Positions 12,073-24,712 of a stretch of 64,000 nt of DNA are shown piece after piece (within the stretch, counting starts at the first letter, position 1; each line of letters begins with the position of its first letter). This DNA comes from Phoronis australis (taxonomy: Eukaryota; Animalia; Phoronida): contig NMRA01000261.1 of the NCBI GenBank assembly GCA_002633005.1, positions 445,721 through 509,720 on the forward strand. Direction: 5' to 3'. Made by a program: the position numbers and the translations under genes. A model generated the notes under the pieces. The model saw nothing but the letters and a program-made list of their open reading frames with translations. It was not told the DNA's origin and did no database searches.

Positions 12073-13725
12073 AATAATGTTGAGCCCAATGACAAAGTTT
12101 AAAAAATATCTGTTTCATCTAAACACTTCAGCCTTAAATTGTTATAGTAATCCTTTTTACTGAAACAGACAACCAAAATGCTCTTCACTTTAGCCAACAA
12201 GTGAAATTTTATTTTGTTAAGTGCTCAGCAAAAGTGAGCATTAAGAGAAATGAGCAACATTACTAGCATTGATTGCACCGACAGTTGCCAATTAAGACAC
12301 AGAGAAATTTTATCATTCTTAATACCGTAGTTCAGCCTTTGAAAATAGAGGAATGGTCATTTTGGCAATAGTTTTTATATGCGCTAACTGCGAAGCGATA
12401 CCGAAGCTAGTTTACAGTGAAACAACACGTGTAGATGAGTTAAAAGGTCATATATATTATGATAAAAAACTACTACAGATATCGGTAATTACAAAAGTTA
12501 CATAATATGTTGAACTGTAAAATTCCCAACACAGCTCATGTTTATGCATAAAAGGGTCAGCAAATAGACTTGGAAGTTCATAAAGAGTAGAGCTGATCAC
12601 TCACATGTAGGTAAAAACTACAGCCAGTATCTTTGAGATTGGGACGGCTAATACTGTAAATTTATCGATGATCAAGCAAACTAATTCTTTTTTCTCTGTC
12701 CTAAACTTAAGATTTGTACCATAGATGTTGGTTTTTTGAATTAAGAATAGGCAGACCTATTTACAAGTTAATGTTTGGAAATGGGATAGATTTTCAAGTT
12801 TTCTTTTGTTTGTGAAGTTCCCTGTGATGGACTTTGATTTGTGGCAAATGATACATTGCGGTGACAGCACATGTAAATTTCTTTGAGCAATGTGAAATAG
12901 AACTGACAGTGACAATCTCCTTAATTTTCTAGTAGGTTCAACACTGTTTCGTTCATCAGCTTGGTCTTTTCTTTTTTAAGAGCTGTTTCGATTCGGTACA
13001 TCCCTGTGTCTTTAATACTGATTGTGATAAAATAGCTCTGTTTTTTACAAAAACTTGAAAACTTCTCAGCAATAATACTTTTCTTGCATTCAATGTTGAT
13101 CTATTTGTTTGCAGTAGCCTTAACCACGTAGTATCTGAAAATTCCAGGAGCTCAGAATTATAAGCAGAATCTGAGACACGAATGCAACAAGGAGCAGACA
13201 ACTTGCCAGTCTCTTGTGAAGTCGCACACTCATTCAATAATTCATGGTTTCAGCTGAGTCCTAGCTGGCCCAAAACCGTGCTGTTTGCGGTAGCACAAAA
13301 TGATCCAGGAACATGACAAGAATTTTACATGTAGGCATATGTATGTCAGTATGACACTTGTCACTTGACTTGGCTTTTCTCAATTCCAATCTACTGCCTG
13401 CTGGTTTATGAGCCTTGACAATTGGTAATTGCCAATTTAGTACTCCAACACCCATCCAAGAATTAACACTTTTCAATGTAGACAGTAGCTATAAACAAGT
13501 TAGCCAAGCCAACAGGATGACATCAGTTGGCTGTCCTCTGATGAATGCTTTCATCATAGACTATAGTACATGGACCGCCAACTCCGTATACTTTCAATGG
13601 ACGAAATCTGTGAGCTTACACACAAGCCCTTACGCAGAATAGTGAATGTTGGCCAAATCCTTTTGTCCACTGACGTCACAAGCATACTGGCGCCCCCAGT
13701 GGAGGCCCTGAGAACTCGTAAACTC

Positions 13726-14378
13726 AGATCCATTTTCAAGTGTCAAATTCGGAACACGGCGCAATCGTAACGGAACTATGGCTACATATGTAAGTATAGG
13801 ATCTCCCGCGATATCCCAGGCGACCGGCAGTGGTGCTGTGCACTACGACTCCGTTTCTGTCGTCTGCTCCACTGTGCAATGAAGAAAATAACTTCATTTT
13901 TTTAAAGAAAATGGAAGCTGAGTGACGATGAAAAAACAAGCTGCTGGTAAGATGAGATGTGAATTTTAATCGAAGCCTTAGTGAATCACTCAGAAACTCA
14001 TAATTCTCTCTTTGTCAAATGTTAACTTAAGACGATTTCCAAAGCAATCGCGTCATTATTGCCAACACGAAAAACGGATTTGGTCTTTTGGGCAATTGAA
14101 GACTATTTTAAATACAACAAATTTGTTACGAACCGATTGCACAAAATATAAAACGTGTAATAAGCATTACAAAAAGAATTAGGTTTCGCGCGCAAACGCT
14201 GTGGACCAGAAACAAGTAGGTCTCGTTGAAACTAATTAAGAGTTCAAATCGTAGTGGTGTAGTACTACAGCTTATTATTTAAAATGTGGTAAAGCACGCG
14301 CGCTCTACAATCGTGATTTGCGCAAATGCTTACAGACAAATGTTGGGCCCCCCTTGTGATATCCTAGATCCGCCACTG
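13726..14378 (+). mobile_element. Truncated, internally deleted copy of the ~0.9-1 kb 5-bp-TSD MITE family (other copies 50624-51506, 59335-60330)
   Basis: Colinear with 59508-60330 and ends in ...CTAGATCCGCCACTG. Confidence 0.9.
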
Positions 14379-14399
14379 ATCTGCAAAGCAGTATTACTG

Positions 14400-15330
14400 A
14401 TACATGGCTGAACGTCTTCCAGTCCATCTACACCTGTATACCAACTTCTCTGTGAGTTTCGATCCCTGTTCCGAACTACCTCCGGTGATGGGTCGCCAGC
14501 GCTGATCAAGCCCCATCTGGGAACAGGTGTTGCTGGTATTACTTAATTCAAATCCAATTGCACGTCATCTCAGCTGCTTCAGCAGCATCTCGTATCAGTC
14601 TTCTCTCAGTTGTCTCTGGAAAGCCAATGTTCCTTTTCAGGTTTATGTTTGATGTGGCTGGAAATTCGCTGCTGCCCACTGTACCTCCACTGCACTAACA
14701 TGTCTAGCCATTGCTGGCACAGTTACTCCTTAGGACTTCGTATTAGTTAACTGCTTCTTTTTATTGGTCTCCTTAACTAAAAAGGTACGTTTATAGTTCT
14801 GTTAATACCGCTTGGTACGTTGTATCAGAGTACTGCACTATGTCAGCTCTCGGAAATTACTGAGCAACAGGCTGTGGTGCCTGTGTCATCAAGTCGACTG
14901 CAGTCTTCCAATCGTCTGCATTATAAATAATCCCTTTAGGTGACGCCTTCGCTCGTCGTTAGGCTGGTTTGTCGATCTTCCTAAGTTTGACAAGCGTGAC
15001 TGCTTGCTCTTTGATATTGGGCCCAGTTCTTCTAATTTATTCGTATTTGTATTTGCTATTACCTTGAGTACTGGTTTGGTACCACGTATACCGACGGCTG
15101 GGTGTAAGACGGCAGCATATGCTCCAAACTGCACCACTTGGTAGCGAGAATATCTTAAGGTTATTGGGTATACTTTACCCCTTTTTTGTTCCGTTTAACC
15201 TATTCCCAAAATTTTAATCTGGTTACCTCATCTGAAAAGGTTCTACGGGATGGATCTTGCATTCCATTCAGTTTTGGGCTCCAGTGCCCGGTTGTATGAA
15301 GCACTTCCGAATAGGCTCTCAACTAAGTTC
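14400..15330 (-). mobile_element. Decayed 3' part of a HERO-clade (RLE) non-LTR retrotransposon
   Basis: Minus strand, with stops and frameshifts: SLEHML..RYTW..VLKVIA (zinc-knuckle region); GIIYNADDWKTAVDL..RADIVQYS..VLTEL; YEVLRSNC..VGSSEF..RRLIRDAAEAAEMTCNWI*IK. This fits the HERO RPD..ELT..KY..VEVG..AAERASRWLWIK pattern. Confidence 0.85.
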
Positions 15331-16988
15331 TCTAAATCTTTTGTATATTTGTTTCGTTGCATTCGCACAGGTGTAGTATTTTTATCATTTTACCTTTATT
15401 ATAAACTCTTCTTTGGCTAATGACATTCTTTAATGATATAAGTGGAAACTGAGCCCTTAATTCAGTCAAAAAAAATAGGAACTTAGTCCTTAAATTAGGG
15501 GCGTTGCGTTTAAAGATCCCTTACTTATTTTCAAGAATTTTGAAGATTCAACAAAAACTTGACTCTAGATTTGTATCAAAGCCAAAAATTGACTTACAAA
15601 TGGTTAACATGAGCTTCATGGCCAATATGAAAAGTCCCGACTCTGCTCAATCCGTCGTTATCCCCTTCCGAGGTTCTTGCTGTGATGGTGCAGACTGTCA
15701 ACCCCTTCATGGTACAGGAAGAGAAATACTGAATCAACACGGCTGCAACAGAGTCTGACTGGTTAACTGAATGTGATATAGACCTCTAGGTCATACCTAA
15801 AACACCATGCTTAGATTCTCTTTTTCTGCTCTCGCCTGGTGAATCAATTCGGACATCCGACTGTGTTGTGTTTCAAACAACCCGAGGACCTGGGACGTCA
15901 CTCCACTGGTTAGTTAATTGTTGATATGCATGTTGCCGATTACGAAATGCGTGCATGTAATTCTGATGGAAAAGATGGAGGGAAATATCTTGCCCTCGAT
16001 AATGAGTAGTAACAACACATTGCATATGCAAAGATAGCTCATTGACCTTTAACTGACAGCTACTCGTATTCACCTTCACAAAAGCACTTAAAAGGGTACC
16101 AAATCCAGTTTTGGCCTGTTGACAGCGACTTTTCCACCGAGCTCTCTAAACTAAAATAATGCTCTGTAATCCTCATCAACCCTCAAAAGTTGGTAGCAAA
16201 TTTTAAAACTCCTGAAAAAGGCAGCTGAACGGGTCTGCACAACCTATGCTTTAGACGACAACTGGATAGAATTGTCACCAATGTCCATTCTTTGACAGAC
16301 AAACGACTATGTTGCACTGAGAGTATGAGAGAACGAAAACTGATGACTGAAATCACCTTTTAAATAAACTGCCCCACAGTGTGAATCTTGTGTATTGTCT
16401 TAGGGCCAGCGCAGACGGAGAGCTTCCGTATGCCGTGAAAATACGGTCTTTTCCTAGCTTACGCGTCGGGGCGGTAACACCGTGAATAATACGCTTACAA
16501 GGAAGTCACGCATTTCTGAAGATATGCGGGATTTTCACCGCTCGTTCTTCTGAGCGGCGTGTACCAGGATCAAAGAGAGCGCGGACCCGGAATCACTGAG
16601 GTACAATTGTGATGACCGCATTGTCCGATGCGAGCAAGACCCAATTAAATGTTATTATCTGACTACAAACTGTATTAGACATCTCTGACTGTACATAATG
16701 GCGATTTTTAAAAATGCACTAGTAACCACTAATTTTCGTTATAAACGAACAACAGTATTCAGCTGGAAAAAACAACAAAGTACGGTTTTCGATTTTTAAA
16801 AATTGATGAACTAATAATCTAAAAACTACGACCATTGGGTACGATTGAACATAAACTACCGTTCGTATTGATATACTCGGTGAATATACATACGCTGATC
16901 AGAGTTGACAATATCACATGGATTCGTTTTTTAATATTCTTTCAATCTCGTTTAATCAGATTTTTGACCAGGAAACAGTTGTACTTAA

Positions 16989-18672
16989 AGGAGCGTGCCA
17001 CCCAAAAAACAACCCAATTTGTATCAAGTTAGATCGAGTAGTTCCACTCCATAACGACACGTACGGTTGCGTTACCTGACACTTGACGGCAGACGGAGGT
17101 GTTGAAATTATCCAATGGCGTCATCGGTTTCAGACGCAGTCTTTTCAGCAGTTCACAACACGTACGGGTTACTGGTGTCAGCTCATCGCTTGAAGTCATC
17201 ATTTAACACCAATAAATCATCAAACTTTGATGTAAAACCCTTGAAAATACACCGAGTTCTTATAAAAACGTGTTGTTTTATTTCACTCTTACGCCGGATT
17301 TATTGGTATTTAGACACACCGTAGCCTACAAAGTTCGGGAGGCATAAGGTCCGTAGCAGGAGTTTGGGGTATGTTCGGAGATAATTTCGAAGTATTTTCC
17401 GTGAGATTCAGACACGAGATCTGTGTTGTTTAGACTTGTGATTTTTGAGTTCTAAACACAAAACGCTTGTTATCCTGGCCATTGGCTCGGAGCCCGATCA
17501 GGCCCATCGCGACCGGCCGGATTGACTCCGCCGTTATCCCGGCCAGCGGCTCGGAAACTGATCAGGAATCACGAACACAAACCAGCGAAAGTTCAGTGGA
17601 AACTAAACTTCCAGTCAAAAAATACTATGTTAGTTAGCCAAAGTAATGTGCACGGTGATTATGTTGGTGAATTAGCCACGAAACTGCAAATCTACTTACT
17701 CGTCGGGGGGCCGCGAATTCAGGTTCCGCTTTGGCCACAGCACCGTCAGGACAGAAGTTGTACATTGAAAATCATTATTTGAGTAACGTAAATGTAAATA
17801 AAGATTCCCCTAACACCTGGCCGTGGGATGGAAATCGAGTTGTTTCACAACAGTTTCTGCCAGCAAACACTAAATTACCATGATCTCATACGGCCTAGGT
17901 GTCCCGTCAATTAGTTTTATTGCACCTAAAGCCGGTAACGCAGTGATTTATTCATGGCTGGCTTCTCAAATCATTTGCACTCACGAACACTCCAATTAAG
18001 GCATTACAAATTGCATCTAATGAGCCAGACTTTGTTTCAGTTTTATATATTAAGTATTGGTTAGGGTGAGAATAATTCATTTTGAAACAGAACGCTCAGT
18101 ACTAAACGCCAACATGGCAACTCGCAATCCCGACTTGGGACGAGCTAGAGCTCGATCAGTCCCGACTTCGCAGGTGGATCGTTAAGTTTTACAGGCTATC
18201 AATACGAACAGGAATACAGTGATGAAGAGGCGCCGTGAACAAGCTCAGACAACGGAAAGTATGGAGTTATTTGGTAAGCCGGCATTCGTCAGGCACTGTC
18301 GACGTCTGCAGGCCACAGACACGGAGATGTTTCACGGCCTCATACTTGCTATTTACAGCGTACATTTCATTCTTCACTACCATGAGCCACTTCCTAAGCA
18401 TTTCGGACTCTCGAGGAAGTAAAAGAAAAACGATATACCCGCTTTCCTCGCAGCTGCTTAGTTTGGACAAGCGGGAACGATGCACCGCAACATAGCGGCA
18501 TTCACTCTGCATATGAGCCACTGACGTCGATAGCGTCGTTTCTCACCTTCCTCACAGGTTAACGCGACACCTCTTGGCAAGGTAAGGTCGACTGTATGCA
18601 AGGCGATGTGGATATAGACCGATTAAGACTGCAAAAAAGACTAATTACATGTAAATCGGGTGGCATTCTCCT
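16989..18672 (-). mobile_element. Kolobok-like non-autonomous DNA transposon with THAP relic
   Basis: TTAA|AGGAGCGTGCCACCC ... GGGTGGCATTCTCCT|TTAA: TTAA TSD and RR..YY termini. THAP-like ORF inside. Confidence 0.8.
18267..18521 (-). pseudogene. Degenerate THAP zinc-finger domain
   Basis: ...GYIVFLLLPRESEMLRKWLMVVK...KHLRVCG fits the THAP F-x-x-P...KW...RVC pattern. The His ligand is lost. Confidence 0.65.
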
Positions 18673-19423
18673 TTAACCCGTGTTGTGTGAACTTCTGAAC
18701 ACTGAGAGTGCGTGTGAAACCAATTACGTCATTGGATAATTTCAACACCTCCGTCTGCCGTCATGTGTCAGGTAGGTGTGGGGTAGTCGCGCCAGCACGC
18801 AGGTATCACTAAATTTTCCTTGTTAAATTTTTTACACCGGCGTTTCTGATTAGCTAGTCGAATTCTCAACAGGCAGCACTTTACGCGAACAAACTGGCAT
18901 GACTGATGGACTGAAGTTTAATTGTGGTCTGTTGTACAGGCAAATCGGTGCTTAAAATTTATGTTCAGGAAATGTGAAGCCTAGAAATTGTGATTGCGCC
19001 TTTTCGGAATGCATCTTTTTACTGTCGATGACTTTTGTTTACGATAGTGTCCTGCATTCATACAGTATGAATAACACACCGGTTAAATCGACCACTTTTT
19101 GTGGAGTGTTTATTGTACATGTATGTGCTTGAAGCACGCGGCTATTAAACATCACTGCAGAAACGAAATAGTTGCTGCGACGCCACTTGCATGATAAGGC
19201 TAAAAATAGTTCACAGTCCGCCGTTTTTTCACGGTGTTGTAAAGCTAACCAATGACTGCCGAAGTTACATCGACCAATGCTAAAGCGCGTGCCAGTGCGT
19301 GATACCTGCGTGCTGGCTGGGCTAAGCACGCAAGGAACCAGCAAGACGAACCTGCCGTTATCGAGTAGAACTACTCGATCTAAATTGATACAAAATAGGT
19401 TGTTTTTTGGGTGGCATTCTCCT
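18673..19423 (-). mobile_element. Inverted second copy of the Kolobok-like left end, interrupted by a MITE
   Basis: 19350-19423 is the reverse complement of 16989-17060, and 18673-18775 of about 17073-17172. Followed by TTAA 19424-19427. Confidence 0.85.
18776..19345 (+). mobile_element. MITE (same family as 27045-27644), left end truncated
   Basis: Colinear with 27070-27644 (aaactggcatgactgatgga...cgccacttgcatga...tacctgcgtg). Confidence 0.85.
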
Positions 19424-22400
19424 TTAAATTGTGCCCACTTAAATTTGTTTATTACTGACAAAGAGCTAGAATAGTTATATAGTCAGTGCCACCAAAATTG
19501 TCCAGAGATTCCAATTCTTCAGTTTGGTTATCACCATATTTGCACTTTTGTATATATTTTCGGATTTGAATTCTAAAGAAGATTAAACTTTAATGAAATG
19601 TTTAGTGCACCTGTAATGTGGAAAGTTTAGGGATGGGCTCACAATGAACTAAACTAATTAAGTTTCGCTGGCGATCAAAATCTACAAATGTTTTGGCAAG
19701 TTTAAAACTTAGATGAAAAGTTATCAACCCGTTCCAGGTAAAAAAAAACAAGTGGGAAGAAGCATTAAAAATTAAATAAAGAAAACCAATTCGAAACATA
19801 TCGTTCCTTTGGGAAGTGGCCCTTTGGGAAGATAAACACAAGTTAACCTTTTTAGTTATTTTGTAATATTTATAATGTACCAAGTTAAAATTACTCTCGA
19901 GAGTTGCAGGGTGTAACCCTGCAAATGTCAGAGAAAACCAAATTGGGGGTACTATCAACAACCATTGTTGAGACCCTAATGCTAGCAAGTACCTTTCCAC
20001 TTCATTAGCTCAGATCTACTTCAATACAAAGGGCGTGCTGAATAGGCATCGTAAAAGTTGTCTGGGGCTCAGGGAATTAGAGCGGTCACCAGTGTAAGCG
20101 AGAAATTCTCCACTATGTAGAGATGAATGCCTCAATTGTTGGACTTCTTTCATCTTTACGCTTTTATAGTATGAGGGCGAGGTGAGCTTAGCCGGTTGCC
20201 TTAGCTAATGAAAATCATCCGATAGTTCCGACAAACTAGCACAAGTAGACGCGTAAATATGCTCTCATTTGCCGTTCAGACATACGCCAGGCCTTGAAAA
20301 TTTGCGTTTTTTTAACAAAAACTGGTTTTCGTGCGAAGTTCGCTTCTTGTCATCAATTTTTTAAGCGATGCAGAAGGCCAGGAGTCAATTGAAACATATA
20401 GCCGACTGTCGTATGAAAAAGTTAATGTTGTAATAAAACTTACAGTTCTCCACCAGTCCACGACCACTCCTCAAGTGAAAACAATTTTCCCATTTATTTC
20501 CTACCGCCTGTTATTAAGTTTCACGAACCGTGTATCCTAAAAATCCGTAGTCTGTGTAGCTACAAAATTGTCTTGATAGCCAGTCTGAATGGTTGAGCCT
20601 TGGCGAAGCCATAGAAGTTTGGGTTATTGCACAGTTGACGACTAGGAAACTGTCTTCACGACATTAGACACCAATTAAGTTTTCTTGGAGGCCACTGGTG
20701 GCCTGGTGCATAGAAAAAGGAATACACGAGTCCTGTCAGAGAGGCGCGTTTCCGTAAATCACATATGCTGTCACTCACATTTGTTCAATATATTTGATTG
20801 ATAGCCTGATGTCGTGGTTTTTTCAGAAACTAATCTGCGTGATGGAAGGATATACCACTGATTTCGGGTCAAATGTAAACAGTCGCTTAATGACTTAACC
20901 ATCAAATTTTAACTTCATTTCTTTCATTTGAGAACCACTCTTAATGTTTAGCACAATGATAATAAGGCCTTTTGAGCACGGCCAGCAAGTGTGATATTAG
21001 CAACATGAAACAGGCCCCATGGAGCTAGCGGACTTTCAGAAGCGACTGAAGTCACAACTTATATCGTTGGAAGGAAGCTAATGGGTCGGAAACAAAACAG
21101 GGGCTCTGACCGGGCCGCTAAACCCAATGTGGGTGGTTGTAGCCTAATGATACGGCGAGAAGGTTCATCTTCGAATTCTACGACAGTCGGTTAGTTATCA
21201 TCCGAGCTCTTCAAGAACCACATATATTGTCTTGGCTCGTGTATTCTGACTAGGCCTACCTCGGTGGCAAAACGGACCCCAAATCACTTGGGTGATTGCT
21301 GATAACGGTAATGGGTCATGTTATGCCAGCCAATAGGTCTGGCCTAATTAAACGTGCATCTCACGAATCTCATGATTCCAATAAATGTGACCATGTTATA
21401 TGAATTTTGAGTATGAAAATTATTTGTAGTGTAGCGTAACAAACAACTAAAATTGATATGAGTTGAAACTGGAAAATTAAACCCAGTCCACCCTACAAAT
21501 TTATGTTGAGCAGAGCACACTAAAATAGTTTTCATCAGAAAAACTTTCCCTCGGGAACTCCACAGAATGTCCAATATTCTCCTGCCGAAATGAGAACATG
21601 CGTTTACCCACTGACACCTTTAAAAGGCTCCCCCTAAATAAATAGTCAGTTAACTATGAAGATGAAAACAGATTTACCACAACAGGAAATTGAATAGTTT
21701 GCTTATTTCAGTGCCATTCAACATTCCCATGTATTTGTATGGTTTAGAGAAAATCCGTGAGGTCTACAAAGTCAACTAATGCGTAAATTTGTCATCGGAA
21801 ATAAAGATACAGAGCTGAGCCACTGAAACAGCAGTATAACATCTGCTTAGATATGTTTGCGGCAGGCTGAGGCAAAGTCTCGAATGCTAGTAGACGTTTT
21901 CCTCTTTCACAGAAGCTGAAATTATCAAGAAATGACAAGATAACTGAAAATATAATACTGTTATACTACAACAAAAATCCAACGATTAAATGACAGTAAT
22001 TCAGCAAAAATAGTTTTCTTCCTGCAGAAAGCGAACCTAACTATCAAAGTGTATTGATCACATTTGTTTTTGGCCAAAATATGAGTACGAATTAATTACA
22101 ATAAACCGAAACATTGAAGTATTTGGTTTCAGGAACACAAGTTATCCTGTTAATACTTGCACTCGTGTTTCTTTTTCGAATAATGACACTAATCATGGCA
22201 CAACTTGGTGGGGACGGACAGTCATGCACCGTTCAAACCCAAAACAAAACATCATTGTCGTGAATAAAATCCACAATATTGTGACCAAACTGCACTGTGG
22301 GAAAGGGGGAGTCATCTGTATTCGAACGTTTTGGTACATAATCGAGTTGATGCCGCCCAACGGCCGCTGGTGTGAACTGCACCTGTTGATCGCAGTGCCC

Positions 22401-24339
22401 TCATACGATCGAAATCATCAAAGGCACATTCACGCAACATCTAAAAGCAAAAAGAAAGTATTTGCGACAGATTAGGGGAATGAATATATTTTGCTTTTAG
22501 CTTGGCTTGCTTATTCTGACATATATTTTCGAGCCCCAATTTTAGCTGACCGTGCTTTTATGGACCATAAGCACAATTTCTTGTTCAGTCATTCTCCGTA
22601 AATCGTTGATCTGCACATAAACTAATCTAAGCTCATCGAAAATCAAACACCATTTTCCAATATTCATTAGTAACGAATATTGCCCGTTTGTGGACCAAGA
22701 AGGTGGGCGATCACAGTGGTTACATTTTACCGGGCCCTGATTGGCCGGAATTAACATGTTGATTGACATGTCAAAATTATCCATTATTTCATCACTTAAC
22801 AACACTCTCTCAATCGCTCATTGTAGTCGTGTGTACACGTACATTTACGTATTGATTAAAGGGAACAGTGCATATTTTCCCCGCTCTTTGCTTCGTAACG
22901 TGAGGTAAATTTCACTTGAGGCAGCCAGCTCAGCTTGTAGCTTTCCAGCAGGTCGTCTGTACTGGTACGGCCTTAAGTGTCCTAGACGTTATAATCCATG
23001 TGCTGATTTCAATGTTATGCAGGATCGTACCGAAAAGTGTGTGTGTTTAGCTAAATGTCTACAAATCTACCAATTTTAGCTCAGTAAAAGTTTTAACTCA
23101 ATTTGCCTTTATTTGGATCATGTCTTCTTAGTAAAAGTAAAATTTACGAAAAAGGACAGAAACATTCATAGCAAAACAACGGCATAAATAACATGCTCAA
23201 ATTACGCTTGACATAAATGCTCCAGATGCAACCTCAAAAATGTTGCTGCAGTTTTCTAAATTATCATTTCGGTTTTTGCTTTACCCAACTTTATCCAGAT
23301 TTTTCCATGAAAATCGTAAAAGACAGCTGTTTCTGAAGGTTTTTCAAAAACCATATCATCAGAAAGTTCTGTGTGAATCCGATCTACCATTTCTGAGAAA
23401 CAATGTTCCAAAGTTATTAAAAAAATTTGTAGGGTTCTACATAACCTTTAACTCATCAGAATTGTTCGCAAGTGTATTAGCTCCTCCAAGGCAACTATCG
23501 TCATCCTGTGTTGGAATTGTAATTGGTTGCAATGAATCCCATGGAACTCCCCCTGCTGGCCATTTAGGTCTACTGTCTTGGCGACTGAATCTTACCTGCT
23601 GTGAGAATAAGGAACTTAATGGGATCTGGATTGAACCAGTGAAAAATCTTGTCACTTTTCTCCAACTAGGAACCATTTCTAATCTGAGAAAAGAACAAGA
23701 CGAGATCTATCTCACACTAAAAGTAAATTGCCTAAATTAAAAGTTACTTTTGACAGAAGGTAGACCTTTTTTCGAGACAGAATCAAATAAATTTTTATCT
23801 CGTTTTCTTTGACGCCATTTTACTTATCTTGGTAATGTTCCGTAGACTACGTTTCTTGCGAGAAGAACAAGAACTCGCAAGACTTCGCAAAATCACGCAC
23901 GTGAAAAGGCCGCAAGAATAATGTCCACTCTCCTTGTGCGGTGTTCCTATAACACTTTTGTATCACAGATGACAGCCGAGGGTAATTGGCTAAGGATGAG
24001 GGAAGAGGAATCCTTTTAATAACTTGTGGTTCTGTGTATGTGTTGAGGCTTGAGTAGCTGCGCACGTAGTAATGACCGAGGAGGAGTCTTACTGCACAAA
24101 AAACAAAGGGTTCCAGGGTTTTCTAATATGACACTGCATGCAGTTTTGTAATGTATCACGAAAAAAGTGGATGAGCTATAATCACTCCAAGGCAGGGTTA
24201 GTTCTAAAGACGTGTACAACATTCGCACCTTAACCAACCACGGTAGTAGAACATTTCACCACTCTGCTACCAAACTATACGTGCAGCCTTAAAGAACACA
24301 CAAAATGTAACCGCTCTTAAAGGAAAGTTTAAACAATTC

Positions 24340-24712
24340 TCCCTTCTTAATTGTATATACGACGATTTATACTTTATTTGTACGATTTTAAGATCTTTTT
24401 TAAAATTTATTTTGCGTGTATTACTATTTATTTCATTTTAATTTACTTGCTAGATAATTTATGTATGCATTTCATGATTCTTCTACACGTCTCTCTTATT
24501 TCCAATGTTTTTGCTTTATTTGTCATTTATCGGCGAATGTTTTATTGTTTAATTTCTTTGTTACGGAATATTTGTTTCGTGTCTTTCACTTATTGCTCTA
24601 GGGTTTTATGTATTTATTTTTGTACATTATTTTAAGTGAGCCCTGTGGGAGAACAGTGAATATTACTGAACAGACTATCCACTATATTTAAAGATTTCAA
24701 ATTATTTCAATA
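24340..24712 (+). mobile_element. T-rich tract ending in a LINE-like (CR1/L2) 3' terminus
   Basis: Low-complexity TTTA region, then GAGCCC...GAACAGT-gaatatt-ACTG hairpin and a ttcaa tail. Confidence 0.3.

Larger units (their letters stand above)
16479..20113 (+). mobile_element. ~1.2-kb interspersed element (host), split by a 2.4-kb insertion at TTAA 16985-16988
   Basis: 16479-16988 plus 19428-20113 is colinear with the uninterrupted copy at 37600-38791. Imperfect TIR CGCTTACA/TGTAAGCG. Confidence 0.9.

Noticed and set aside
23596-23660. DKIFHWFNPDPIKFLILTA resembles the precursor's MDVLWLFKDPLRLLL, suggesting a paralog
   Set aside because: No start codon in that frame, stops on both sides, and no full hydrophobic core. 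Probably chance.
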